The position numbers and the translations under genes were made by a program. DNA of 63,544 bases, the filler included, from Octopus bimaculoides (lineage: Eukaryota): assembly GCF_001194135.2 (NCBI RefSeq). It is 5 parts of 5 records of this genome, joined end to end, with 100 filler letters (N's around TTAATTAATTAA, not from the genome) between each part and the next. Parts side by side here need not be neighbours in the genome. Positions count along the whole stretch, not along the records: positions 1 to 31,012 come from NC_068991.1; positions 31,113 to 51,221 come from NC_068993.1; 3 more parts are not named here. One strand, written 5' to 3'. Positions 26,900 to 39,700 of this stretch are shown here, one piece after another; positions within the stretch are counted from its first letter, which is position 1, and each line of letters starts with the position of its first letter. The notes beneath the pieces were generated by a model. The model had not been told where the DNA came from. It saw only the letters and a program-made list of their open reading frames with translations, and searched no databases.

Positions 26900-29010
26900 G
26901 GAAAGGGTTGATAATAAATGACATCTATGATACCACTACATCCAGCTCTATCCCCTGGACCATCACAACAACAGCCAACATTACAATCATTAACGATGCA
27001 AATTAGTGCTTTTACACAGCACTTCTCTCGCTACCATGTCCCTCACACCACTGACTTGCCTTTTTCCTCTAACTTCCACTCATACATCACCTCTCCTCAC
27101 CTGTCATCTCATTATTACTTTCCCTCACGACATTCGTTATCAGGATGACAACCCTCTACCACTAATCTCATTAATCAGAACACCACCACAACAACAATTG
27201 CCATGACAACGTCCATCACCATAATTATCATCACCAACACTAGCATAATGACCACTACGTGTAGTCTAACGACTACCACCAGTGCCGCCAATGTCAGCTA
27301 CTCTCCGCCACGGTTCAGACTGCTTCTACCTTCATTACTGCCACCATCGACATCAGCACCAGCAACGCCATCATCAACATAATAAATACGACGAGTTCCA
27401 CCCCCTTCACCACTGTCCCGACTGCCATCTTCACGATTAAAAGAACAACTATAAAGCAGGTCTAATCACCACTTCTGTCATTACTACCACACCACCACCT
27501 CGCACCATTACCACCAATACTATCATCACCAACTCCCACTTTTAATCACTACCATCATCACCCCATTATCAATGTCTTCGCTCACCCTATTTTTCACCCC
27601 TGACAACAACAAAACACCATCACGAGTCAATAAAGGAGTCGCTCAACTTACTAGAAGTAGTAACCAAATCGCTTTCATGTCATACTTTTCACCCTGAGTT
27701 GGGACAAAAATACAAGACGTGAACTCAGATTAGACAACTTTGTATGCATGGTACAGCGTAAATCAGAATTGAAATTAATTTACATATGAGGCTTTGTAAT
27801 ATTTAATTTATTTCAACACCACCACCACCGCCATCACCATACCACCACCACCACTGCCATCACCATACCACCTCCACTACTACCTTTACTATAATTCTAA
27901 TCCCCACCACCATGAACACAAATACTCTTACCATCCCTCTCAGCGCTACCCTTCTCAAGACAGAACACTGTTACCACTCCTCTTACTATCACTCTTCCTG
28001 TCACAGCTTTCACCACTACAACCTACGTTTTCACCACTAGGCACCTACGCCCGTAAAGGCTCATAAATCCCTACTGTTACTATCACCACCACTATCATAA
28101 CCGTGACTAATATTACCGTAATCACACGACCACTATTACCACTGTTTCCACTACCATCATAAATACATCTACATCAACCCACCATGACACCACCACCACC
28201 CACTATACGTGTACTCCAAACCCCACTCTAACCCACTCTTATGACCGCCACTTTTCTAATCCTTAACATCCCCCACCCCCCACCCGACGTACCGCTCCAC
28301 CACAGCCTCTAACTCCAATGTACCCCCACCATTTTAATGTCCACCACCAAATTGTTTTCATTAAAATGCCTAAAACCTCGTCCAACACACACCTGACCAT
28401 CCTTGCCTCTCATGACTCCACCAGCCATCAGTAGTACAGCCATTATCCGAAAGTCATTATACAGCATCACCACCACCACCAGCACCTCCACCGCAGTAAC
28501 CAATCACTACCTACTCAGCTACCACTACCACCACCACCACATCCCAGCCAAAACATCTCCGCCACCATCATTTGATATCAACATGCACCTCATCACCGTC
28601 TCCATTCACCTTCATCGTCACCTCAACCAAATATTAGTCAACGAGTAACCTGCATGCGATGATGCGGCCTACTAGAAAGAACAGCCAACTCTGACGAATC
28701 ACACCCAACCATCATAAAAAGAGAAGACGCTTTGAATAATGTAGATCAGGAGATAAAATAGGACGGTTAAAGTTGGAATGTCTTTAATCACAGGTTTGCA
28801 TTTTGAGTGCAAGGCGAGCGGTAAACACCCACACCTTAACCACACCTACTCGCTCTTTCTACAGAACAGCGACGGAAACAACAACCGCTTTTATCGCTAC
28901 CACCACCATCACTATCGCCAACTGCTTCTTCACCACCACTACGACAACCATCTCTTTTCTTCAGCCTCACCACCACCACTACCAACCATGCTTACTGCCA
29001 TTATAGTTAG
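26900..29010. repeat. Long cryptically simple C/A-rich (ACC/ACT/ATC) low-complexity tract
   Basis: Strongly strand-biased degenerate trinucleotide runs with no sustained ORF. Confidence 0.85.
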
Positions 29011-29514
29011 ATTCTAATTGCAGATGCATACACGCGAACATACACACGCATACACATTTCACAGGTCCACACATACGTACACATACACACATGTACAAAA
29101 CACACCAAATACATACAAGCCATCATACACTTTGCAACACAAATACACAGTAGTGGATCCTCATCCTGACCGCCCTCTTTCCTTCCCAATCTGACCATTG
29201 CCCTGTCAATACCCACACTATCACAACCGTCCCTCCCTCCTTACACCACGACAAACAACAATCTGGTAAGTAATGACGCCCTAACACCACATTGGTTGAG
29301 CGATGGGGGAGTAGAACAGGATGATGTAGCTGGCGCGCGCGCGCACACACACACACACACACACGGACACACGTACGCACACACGCACACGCGCACAACC
29401 ACACACACACACACGCCCCATCGCGCGCGCACACACACACAACGAATGAGTGCCGACTCATCACCATGACAATGGGTATATATATGTATATAGATAATCA
29501 ATCTAAACAAGAAT

Positions 29515-29700
29515 AAGCAAGCAAAAACAACAACACGAGGACGTGGTACAAGTACTGCTTAGGAAAGGAAAGAAAAGAAAGAGGATTTCACGTTTCGAGC
29601 GGAGCTCTTCATCAGAAATATAGAAAAAGACAGAAAAAGAAAATCGCCAACGATACACACGCGGTCACATATTGAAATGACCGGAAGGGAATGAATGAAG
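29515..29700 (-). mobile_element. Penelope-like repeat family P1 with hammerhead motif (29585-29619)
   Basis: The minus strand reads AUUU-CUGAUGA-A-GAGC-UCC-GCUC-GAAAC-GUG-AAAU. Homologous to 13590-13980. Confidence 0.65.
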
Positions 29701-31012
29701 AAAAAGATTTTAAGGAGTGGAGGTCAGGCATGGTGAGAGGGTGTGAATGTTGGTGTAGGTGTTATTGGTGGCGACAAAAGGAAAAGAGAAAGAGAAAAGG
29801 GGAGGAAAGTGGAAGTAGAGCAGAAATCCAGAAAACGGAATAAGAATGTAACGGACGACAATAAAAACATACGGACAGATAGACGATACAAAGACGGACA
29901 GGAAAAACCAGGACGGATCATTCGGGGCTTCCTTTCATCAGTCAAACTTCCAATCATCATTACAGTTTCGGCCTGTTATACTTGAGAATGTTCAAAATTG
30001 GCAGGCCCCAAAAATCTAAGCTAAGGGTATTAAATTTTTGGAAGAAAGCAAGCGAATATATGCGACAGCACAGACAAAAGAAAAACGAGAAAACGGAGAA
30101 AATGTTACACGATTACAATACAAACAACAAGAACAACAACAAGTGTCTTTTGACTAATAAGGACAAGTTAAATTGAGCCAGCGAGTAAAATGGAAGCCTT
30201 AATGCACAAACACAGATGAAAGTCAGGAGACAGAAAAATAAGGTGTTGTGCAGGCGACGGTCAAGCCAAGAAAGATCATGCTTAGCCGAACACCGATCAC
30301 GTGGGAGGAACAGAGAGAGGTAGGAGGTAGAGGGATTGAAGAATTAGGGAAGGAACTAGAGAGAGAGGAAGGGTAGAGGGTACAAGGGAGATAACAGAGA
30401 AAAGTAAAGAGATTAAAGAAAGAGAATGCCAAGAAATGTGAGAGAGAGGAGCGAGAAAAAGAAAAGAAGAAAGAAAGAAGAAAGAAAGAAGAAAGTGATA
30501 CATAACAGAAAAGTAGAGAGATTAAAGAAAGAGAACCGATGACGGAATATCCCATACTCTGGGATATCCCAGAAACAGCTGTAAGACTGAATTTTTTTCC
30601 AATAATAATTATATATATGACTTGAGGTGCTTGCCTTGCCTTAACGTTTGTTTCCTCTTTAGCAATTATATATCCACTATATCGGAAATCTGCAATGGCT
30701 CCATAACTACCGCCTCGGTTATAACCTTGGAACCCTAGTAATCCGTTACAGCACTTACCTAGCGTACCTAATTGCTTAGATCAACTGTGAACTAAACCCT
30801 CATATAATATATATATATATATATATATATAACAGAGATGTGTATGTAATCGCTTATCACGTGAAAACGGCTTCACCATTTACTTCCATACTTGTAATAC
30901 ATAAATAATTTGACCTCGGATAAATGTTAGGCTCTTCATTTGATTTTTTTAATCTCTAATTAAAAATAAACAAAATTGCTTTATATTTAAGATTCACTTC
31001 TTTAAAAAGGTT

Positions 31013-31112
31013 NNNNNNNNNNNNNNNNNNNNNNNNNNNNNNNNNNNNNNNNNNNNTTAATTAATTAANNNNNNNNNNNNNNNNNNNNNNNNNNNNNNNN
31101 NNNNNNNNNNNN
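31013..31112. other. Artificial scaffold linker N44-TTAATTAATTAA-N44
   Basis: Exactly 100 nt, with stop codons in all six frames; identical linkers at 51222, 56512 and 59396. Confidence 0.95.
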
Positions 31113-31177
<65 letters not shown>

Positions 31178-32089
31178 GTATGTATATATATGTGCATAAT
31201 TGTATGTATATATACGCGTGTAAAAGGGGTCAGGTGCATATATCCGTATAACGTGTATGGGGCTACATAGTTTGTATGTTAAAAGTAAAGCAGAGAGATA
31301 AGTTAGAATGAGAGTGAGACAGATAGACAAACAGGCAGACAGAGGCAGAGTAAAATTGTGGAAAGGATAGAGCTCGGAGATTTATTATACAGCCTTGGTA
31401 TAGACACAAGAAAGGCTTTTGTTGAAGAAAACAGTAATCACGTGTTGTACCACATAGAAAGGTTGTCTTCATAGAAACAGAACAGCCATGGCTCCCTCCG
31501 TGCTACATACGGTGATTCTACGGGTTCTTTTGTATCAATATTTACTAAAGGTATCTGTTGTTATGCAGGCTGGTGTCCGGGTTTTCTCTTTTCGTACACA
31601 CCTACGCACACACACGCATGCATACGGGCACGCACATACACGCACAAACACATGCACACACATGCAAACTTACACACATACTCATACACAAACACACATA
31701 CACACACACTCACAAACACGCGCGTGCGTGCGCAGACACATTTATTCTATTGATTTTTATTTTATCTTTAGCTGATTCTTTCACGTGCATGATTTTCTTT
31801 ATTCAAACCTGCACTTCTTTGTCGCATTTATGTTTAGGGATGCCCAAAAGAAGTAGATTGCGTGAAGACATGGAAATCAACAAATCTTACTTATTCAAAC
31901 ATACACAATATGTATATTTTTATAAATAATTGTTGTTATTTTCAAACATTAATCACCATATTATACTTTTTGCCATCCCTTATTTCTTTTCTTATTCATT
32001 TTTGTAAGACTAGACATTAATGCAATGGATTTGTAAAAAACAATATGTCTTTTAATGGACTTAGACTCAGATTCTAGCATTACGAGTCC

Positions 32090-32415
32090 AATGGCACCCA
32101 CGTGACTAAGACTCCTACTTTCCCCCTGAACAGGACGTCGTTCTGTCCAGCATTAACGCCCCATTCATAGCTGAATGGCATAATGCTACATAAATGTTAA
32201 GGTGATGTTACCTTCTCGAGTCATACCACCTGATAAGGGACAGTTTCCCGGTTTCAATGGCGTATAAACTACCCGCACCTGGACCGGACGCCAGTCCGTT
32301 GTAGGATTACTCATTTTTGCCAGCTGAGAGGACTGGATAAACGTGATATGAATGTAATCGAAATCACGATATAATGATTGCGAGTTCAAAACCCTTATCA
32401 CTAAGCCACAAGCCT
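32090..32415 (-). mobile_element. tRNA-derived SINE, family D (degenerate)
   Basis: Minus-strand head GGCTTGTGGCTTAGTGATAAGGG followed by CCAGTCCTCTCAGCTGGCAAAAATGAGTA. Confidence 0.55.
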
Positions 32416-32764
32416 TTCAAATTAACTAGTGAACCTTAAGTCAACGAGGGGTGAGTCAAGGAGAGGTAATATGAACAATATAATTTTATTGACGTCTAAG
32501 TCATGCCTGTTAGGATATTACATCGATCTCATTACTTGCTTTGGGTTTCAGATGTAACGTTAGATCATAGATCTTATAACTGAGATTTGGGTTCATTTCA
32601 TGGGTTGTATAAACATTATGATTAGTATTGCAAGTATATCTAATTTTATAGGCTTGTATCTAATTTTGAAACTATAAACCTCTTTACAATTATTTCTTTC
32701 TACTATAGGCCCAAGGCTTGAAAACTTAGGCCAAGGACAAACACAGACACAGAGACACATACAC

Positions 32765-32925
32765 ATATGCGACGAGCTTCTTTCAGTTTCCGTCTACCAA
32801 ATCCATTCTCAGGACTTTGGTCGGCCCGAGGCTATAGTAGGAGGCACCTGCGCAAGGTCCCACGCCGTGGGACTGAACCCGGAACTATGTGGTTTGGGAG
32901 CAAAGCTTTGTACTACGCAACCACA
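32765..32925 (-). mobile_element. tRNA-derived SINE family B, 5' half (CORE-like)
   Basis: On the minus strand, B-box GGGTTCAGTCCC, then GGACCTTGCGCAGGTGCC (cf. CORE GTGACCTTGGGCAAGTCAC), then TTGGTAGACGGAAACTGAAAGAAGC. Confidence 0.85.
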
Positions 32926-33260
32926 TAAATACATGCATATATACATACATATACATTTATATATATATATATATATATANNNNNNNNNNNNNNNNNNNNN
33001 NNNNNNNNNNNNNNNNNNNNNNNNNNNNNNNNNNNNNNNNNNNNNNNNNNNNNNNNNNNNNNNNNNNNNNNNNNNNNNNNNNNNNNNNNNNNNNNNNNNN
33101 NNNNNNNNNNNNNNNNNNNNNNNNNNNNNNNNNNNNNNNNNNNNNNNNNNNNNNNNNNNNNNNNNNNNNNNNNNNNNNNNNNNNNNNNNNNNNNNNNNNN
33201 NNNNNNNNNNNNNNNNNNNNNNNNNNNNNNNNNNNNNNNNNNNNNNNNNNNNTATATATT

Positions 33261-33293
<33 letters not shown>

Positions 33294-33295
33294 TC

Positions 33296-33470
33296 GCCAT
33301 GATAGATCGCTGACCACTACACACATTTTTTCTTTCTGTGTTCCTTTCTGTGGAGGAGCGTAGGCTCGAAACGTTGAAGACTTTTTCAATTCCCGAGCGT
33401 TACACTAATACATCTATGTGTTTTCTACACCACCTGTCTTCGTTTGTTGTTTTTTTTTGTGAATTCTCTC
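33296..33470 (+). mobile_element. Penelope-like repeat family P2 with hammerhead-like motif (33344-33379)
   Basis: CUUU-CUGUGGA-G-GAGC-GUAG-GCUC-GAAAC-GUU-GAAG. Inverted homologue at 35817-35990. Confidence 0.65.
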
Positions 33471-34071
33471 TCTCTATATATATATATATATAGTTGAGGA
33501 TGTATTTTACATAGTAAATTGATGTAATTTAAAGCCAAACCAAGTTTAGTCGCTAATTCCAACATTTGGAGGCACAAGATTTAATGGCAATAGTGTTCCT
33601 TTTTATTTTCTAATTTCCGACGTGCTCTATCACTTTATAGTCACTTCATCTCTAAATACATTAGCCTAATAAAAGAAAAATGCCCTCATATGTCATAAGC
33701 TTAAAACATGACGCTTGCGACCAGATTCGAAACAGAAAACGTTTATGTTGTAACTAATTTTTCTTGCCAATAATATTTATGTAACAGCTTTCTTTCTGAA
33801 AAGCCGGGCCATTAGAATATAGGTAAACATATAAACCGAAACATTTTTTTTTCTTGCACAGATGCAAGTGGTTCCATTAAAGTAAAGTTGTATGTTTCCA
33901 ATTTGCATCTATTCATATGAAACGACATAAATACGTTAAATGGACGCCCTCCCTCCGCGTTCTCTATAGTTATGCTCGGATAGAAAAAGAATGTATACAG
34001 AATCACGCGCTCACACTCACAACCAGCATGTACACACACAATATATGTGTGTGTGTGTATGTATACATATG

Positions 34072-34102
<31 letters not shown>

Positions 34103-34111
34103 ATATATAAA

Positions 34112-34158
<47 letters not shown>

Positions 34159-35816
34159 NNNNNNNNNNNNNNNNNNNNNNNNNNNNNNNNNNNNNNNNNN
34201 NNNNNNNNNNNNNNNNNNNNNNNNNNNNNNNNNNNNNNNNNNNNNNNNNNNNNNNNNNNNNNNNNNNNNNNNNNNNNNNNNNNNNNNNNNNNNNNNNNNN
34301 NNNNNNNNNNNNNNNNNNNNNNNNNNNNNNNNNNNNNNNNNNNNNNNNNNNNNNNNNNNNNNNNNNNNNNNNNNNNNNNNNNNNNNNNNNNNNNNNNNNN
34401 NNNNNNNNNNNNNNNNNNNNNNNNNNNNNNNNNNNNNNNNNNNNNNNNNNNNNNNNNNNNNNNNNNNNNNNNNNNNNNNNNNNNNNNNNNNNNNNNNNNN
34501 NNNNNNNNNNNNNNNNNNNNNNNNNNNNNNNNNNNNNNNNNNNNNNNNNNNNNNNNNNNNNNNNNNNNNNNNNNNNNNNNNNNNNNNNNNNNNNNNNNNN
34601 NNNNNNNNNNNNNNNNNNNNNNNNNNNNNNNNNNNNNNNNNNNNNNNNNNNNNNNNNNNNNNNNNNNNNNNNNNNNNNNNNNNNNNNNNNNNNNNNNNNN
34701 NNNNNNNNNNNNNNNNNNNNNNNNNNNNNNNNNNNNNNNNNNNNNNNNNNNNNNNNNNNNNNNNNNNNNNNNNNNNNNNNNNNNNNNNNNNNNNNNNNNN
34801 NNNNNNNNNNNNNNNNNNNNNNNNNNNNNNNNNNNNNNNNNNNNNNNNNNNNNNNNNNNNNNNNNNNNNNNNNNNNNNNNNNNNNNNNNNNNNNNNNNNN
34901 NNNNNNNNNNNNNNNNNNNNNNNNNNNNNNNNNNNNNNNNNNNNNNNNNNNNNNNNNNNNNNNNNNNNNNNNNNNNNNNNNNNNNNNNNNNNNNNNNNNN
35001 NNNNNNNNNNNNNNNNNNNNNNNNNNNNNNNNNNNNNNNNNNNNNNNNNNNNNNNNNATATATATATATATATATATATATATACATGTGTGTGTGTATG
35101 TATAGATAGATATATTTATGTGTGTGTACGCGTGTATAAATAACAGTGTATATGTGCGTTTATTTGATTCTTCGGAGATTTTAAATACGTTCAATATTTA
35201 TGATAAAATAATGATGTAATATCGAAGCCCTGAACATACTAACATATTAACAATCTTATTTATCGAACACATATGATTACATACTTCACTTTAAGCGTTT
35301 ACATATATATGTGTGTATGTGTGAGTGTGTGTGTTTGTGTGTGTGTGTGTGTGTGTTTTGCGTGCTCATACATCATGTATATGTATATATCCATATAAAT
35401 TTGTATACACGTATATATGTGTGTTTGCGTATGCGTTTCTAAGATATATGTATAATACATATATCTAAAACCATAATGCGCATTATATTATATAATACAT
35501 ATATTTACACCAGTTAACTTTTTACTTCGCTAACCATTTTTCCTTTGTTTTGTATGATTCCATTTTCGGTTCATTTGCAACTGTCTGCAGTAAAAGTTGC
35601 ATTAAACTCTAAACGTACACTGTCATAGTGGTTGAAAACGTGTCACGCAGTAAACCTTGTGCTTGGTTTGCAGAAACAGGAAATAACCCACTGCTTGTGA
35701 ATGTGTTTTTGCATGGGTTTCTTACGATAGCATTGTGATGTTTTTTCTTGTTCTTTCTTTTGTATTCTGATCAGATATTTTTCAACGCAGTGAAANNNNN
35801 NNNNNATATATATAGG

Positions 35817-35990
35817 TATGGGAGAATTCACGAAAAAACGACAGACGAAGACAGGTGGTGTAAACAACAAATGGATGTATTAGTATGACGCTCGGGAATA
35901 GAGAAAGTCTTCAACGTTTCGAGCCTACACTCTTCAAAAGAAAGGAACACAGAAAGAAACAAGGAGAGAAACAAGGAAAGAAGAAAATAT
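35817..35990 (-). mobile_element. Penelope-like repeat family P2, inverted copy
   Basis: GACGAAGACAGGTGGTGTAAA...CGCTCGGGAA...AAGTCTTCAACGTTTCGAGCCTAC is the reverse complement of the 33340-33460 region. Confidence 0.7.
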
Positions 35991-36007
35991 ATGTGTAGTA
36001 TTCACCG

Positions 36008-36097
<90 letters not shown>

Positions 36098-36599
36098 ATA
36101 TGCAAACAGAAGCAGCGCCAGTGTAATAACGTTATCGGTCATATATACTTAACATAACCACAAGAGGCGCGATGGAGATCATTTTCTCAAAGCGTTAGCT
36201 GTTTAAAGGCCTGAAAGTCACTGACAGGCAAGATAATTCACCCCTAATCAAACTTAAGAGCGATGTTCCACTATTTACGTGGATTATCAACATCACTCAC
36301 GCAGACCTAATCGGAGAAGAACCATATCGCCGGTCCAGACTATACGCTTAACCATGTTGTTGTAATTTCGTATAATGCTTGAACATAACCCGATGTGTCT
36401 GCACACACATACGTATCTAAGTATACAAACACACACATACGCACAGATTCATACACATGCACACACTCACTGTCTACCACTCTCTTTCTGTCTGTTTGTC
36501 TATCTGTCTGTCTTTCTCCCTCACTCTCGATCTTTTTACATGCACATATATGCATCTACGTTTATAGTTATATTTTATTTAGAATTGAAACTTCGCTTA

Positions 36600-37178
36600 G
36601 TGTCTGTGTATATTCCAGTTCGTGTGTTCATGAGTACGTTGTCAGGTACAGGAAGAGTACAGCTATCAACTGAGTCTATAGTAAGAATTGACCCGCCGGA
36701 TTTCCTCTCGAAAGAAGGTAAAATTAGTTTGTTTTCTCACTGTGGTAGCAATTGCGAGAAAGGTAGTTTGGAGAACGTGGATGAAAGGGTTAAAGTCGGG
36801 CATTTTCATCTATGGCTCTGCACTGGTGAATTATTTCACCTTCCATCTTAAAAGGAAAATAGAGCTAGAGAAGAAATGCCTGATTGCGAAAACGTTTGAG
36901 AGTCGATAGAAGAATGTAGCACGGAAGTTCCGAGTGGATCGAACCAGATAAACGCGACACGGGCTTTATCTGAGATATCAGTGGCGAGGCGGGTCTCGTG
37001 GGGTCGTGATGAACCCGTCTTTTCACTCAATCCGTAAAGACTTCCGGTCTGTCGTATCATTCGTTTTGTTTATTTTGTGCTAAATGTTTAGTCATCTTTT
37101 TGTTTTTCCCATCCGTTTCTTTGACCCCCAATCAGATGTATTGTCCCCTCTGTGTTGGCCCCTTGTGGGCAATAAAGA
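36600..37178 (+). mobile_element. Tx1/L1-clade LINE 3' end (ORF2 C-terminus and 3' UTR)
   Basis: GRVQLSTESIVRIDPP-(frameshift)-VVAIARKVVWRTWMKGLKSGIFIYGSALVNYFTFHLKRKIELEKKCL resembles the Tx1 ORF2 C-terminus as I recall it from octopus. Ends in CCCCTTGTGGGCAATAAAGA. Confidence 0.7.
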
Positions 37179-37775
37179 TATAGTATATATGAATTTCTCT
37201 CGTTTGTGTACATATGTGTGTGTATATGTATGTGTATATGTATGTGTATATGTATGTGTATATGGTGTTTGTGCACGTGTGCGTATGTGTGTGTATGTGT
37301 GCTTGTATGCGTATGTGTGCAAGTGTGTGTACATGTGTGTGCGCATGTGTGTGTCCATGTGTGTGTATGTGTGTATATGTATGAGTATGTGGCCTGTGTG
37401 CGTGTGTGTGTACGTGTGTGCATGTGTGCGTATGTGCTTGTATGTGTGCTTGTATGCGTATGTGTGTATGAGTGTGTACATATGTGTGTATGTGTGCATG
37501 TGTGTTTGCGTGCAAGACTCTGTGTGTGATGTGTGTCCATATGTTTGTGTGTATGTTCGAAAAAATATTATTTAGGTTCTTCCATGGATCCTATGTTATC
37601 CAAGAATGCTTAATCCAATTATAACGTCATAAGAGCAAACTGAACGAAACGTTACAATACTTTTATTCAATTGCGATATTTGCTAGTGTTTGGAAGCCAA
37701 GTTCTTGAGTTTGCTATTCAATACGTTGTTTGCGTTCATATAATTATCAACCGTTTCTAGTTTTTATTTTCCCAT

Positions 37776-37980
37776 ATGTCTGAAATCATCGACCGTCCGG
37801 GTTTCTTCGCCCGCCTTCGTACAGGAACCCAACGTTGTCTCCACTGTATCATTCCATACCTCAACCGCCCGAAACCGAAAGATGATGACGCATCGATAGA
37901 TGCCGGAAAACCTAGTTCAACGATCGCAGATATGTCCTCAGTAGCCACATCAGAGGAACTGGGAGATCTCTTTGACATGG
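37776..37980 (+). CDS. Unknown protein, coding exon 1 (68 aa + 1 nt)
   Basis: ATG at 37776; MSEIIDRPGFFARLRTGTQRCLHCIIPYLNRPKPKDDDASIDAGKPSSTIADMSSVATSEELGDLFDM; donor G|GTAAGT at 37981; possible acceptor TTTCTAG ending at 37760. Confidence 0.8.
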
Positions 37981-38254
37981 GTAAGTTTTGATGAATGTTG
38001 TAGATACATGCTGAACTCGGAACCATGTGTTTGGGAAGCACGCTGCCCACGCCTGCGCCCATGTTATGTGTGTGAGTGTATTTGTGCGTGTGTGTGTGTG
38101 TGTGAGTGTGTGTTTCTTTGTGTGTGTGTATGTGCATGTATGCGTGTGTGCGTGTCTGTGTGCGCTCGAGCATCGTTATAGAGATACAAAATATTATATA
38201 ATATATGAACTCTATCCAGACTGCTCTTAATTTTCGTCTTCTTTTGGATTCCAG

Positions 38255-38302
38255 ATACTTCTATCAAGAAGTTACCATTCTTTGACACTCCACTTATTAA
38301 GA
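38255..38302 (+). CDS. Unknown protein, coding exon 2 (48 nt, phase 1-1)
   Basis: Acceptor TTTTCGTCTTCTTTTGGATTCCAG, donor GTAAGT; in frame DTSIKKLPFFDTPLIK. Confidence 0.78.
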
Positions 38303-38727
38303 GTAAGTAATAATAAACGTTCATTTTCATATTGACTTCGTAACTGAATCTTTTATAATTTCCTCCATCTCATCTACATTTATATAGTATTAGCATTCAA
38401 TTGCAAATACCGTTGATCTTTCAGTATGTATTGTTCTTTCACAATGTATTCTAGACGTTTAAGAAGCTATATATCTAATACGCACATATTGCGGCCAACA
38501 ATTGTGTGCTTTTTATTACACCCACAAAACAGACATAACGCAACACAAACATAAATGTATATACACTCTTTCTCACTCAATGTCTTTTACTCTCTCTCCC
38601 TCTCATCCTCACTCACCCACTCATCGTTCCTCTCACTCTGTATCTCTGTATCTCTGTATCTTTCTTTCTCTCTCTCTCACATACACATACAAATGTTTAT
38701 TTTTCACATTGTTATATGTGTTTGCAG

Positions 38728-38775
38728 CGTCGGTTCGTTCTTGTTCAGTAATGGATATAGGAATACATGAAAAGT
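38728..38775 (+). CDS. Unknown protein, coding exon 3 (48 nt, phase 1-1)
   Basis: Acceptor TGTGTTTGCAG, donor GTAAGT; in frame TSVRSCSVMDIGIHEK. Confidence 0.75.
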
Positions 38776-39136
38776 GTAAGTAACAATACAAAACGATTTA
38801 ATATATAATTGCAATTGAATTAATCTAGTAATTCATCAATATATCTATCTGTAAACATATAATATAGCAAAAGATATGTTATGGGTGAAGGACCGTTGAC
38901 AGCCGTACTCCTTGTTGACTCTAAACATTTTCACTTAATTATATATATATATATATNNNNNNNNNNNNNNNNNNNNNNNNNNNNNNNNNNNNNNNNNNNN
39001 NNNNNNNNNNNNNNNNNNNNNNNNNNNNNNNNNNNNNNNNNNNNNNNNNNNNNNNNNNNNNNNNNNNNNNNNNNNNNNNNNNNNNNNNNNNNNNNNNNNN
39101 NNNNNNNNNNNNNNNNNNNNNNNNNNNNNNNNNNNN

Positions 39137-39191
<55 letters not shown>

Positions 39192-39457
39192 TGTATGTAT
39201 GTATGTATGTATGGATGGATGGATCGATCGATCGATGGATCGATGTATAAAATAACGAAGGACGGGGGCTAAACGCAATATAATACGAAAAGGGAAAAGT
39301 TCAATTGTCAGTTAGTGAGGTTGCATGGTAGCACCTATATTGCTAAAAAGAAGAGTGAAAGACATTTATAGCCACAAAAAGCAAATAGTATAGATGTGTG
39401 TGTGTGTGTGTGCATCTCCCGCATGCGTATGTATAATTGTTGTCCTTGTATCTTCAG

Positions 39458-39520
39458 ATTTACCTGCCGTAGAGACAGTGACTCGTGACGTTCGTTTCTA
39501 TGACGGAACGTCTATAATAG
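39458..39520 (+). CDS. Unknown protein, coding exon 4 (63 nt, phase 1-1)
   Basis: Acceptor TGTCCTTGTATCTTCAG, donor AG|GTAAGT; in frame YLPAVETVTRDVRFYDGTSII. Confidence 0.82.
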
Positions 39521-39700
39521 GTAAGTTACAAAATAAAAATCCCTTTTTAACATTTAATCAAAATTTAGTACTGTGGCCAAACTGTAAGTGTTTCGGTCTA
39601 TAAAACTGTCGCATACATAGATACACACATACACAGATATATGTACATGTATATGATTTCTAAACGTATGACTTCTATTACCTATTGTTTCTTTTTTCAG

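Noticed and set aside
36876-37034. Frame MPDCENV*ESIEEC...RRVSWGRDEP as an upstream exon or readthrough ORF with an RVxW motif
   Set aside because: It lies within the Tx1-like LINE 3' end, and its phase is incompatible with the gene at 37776.
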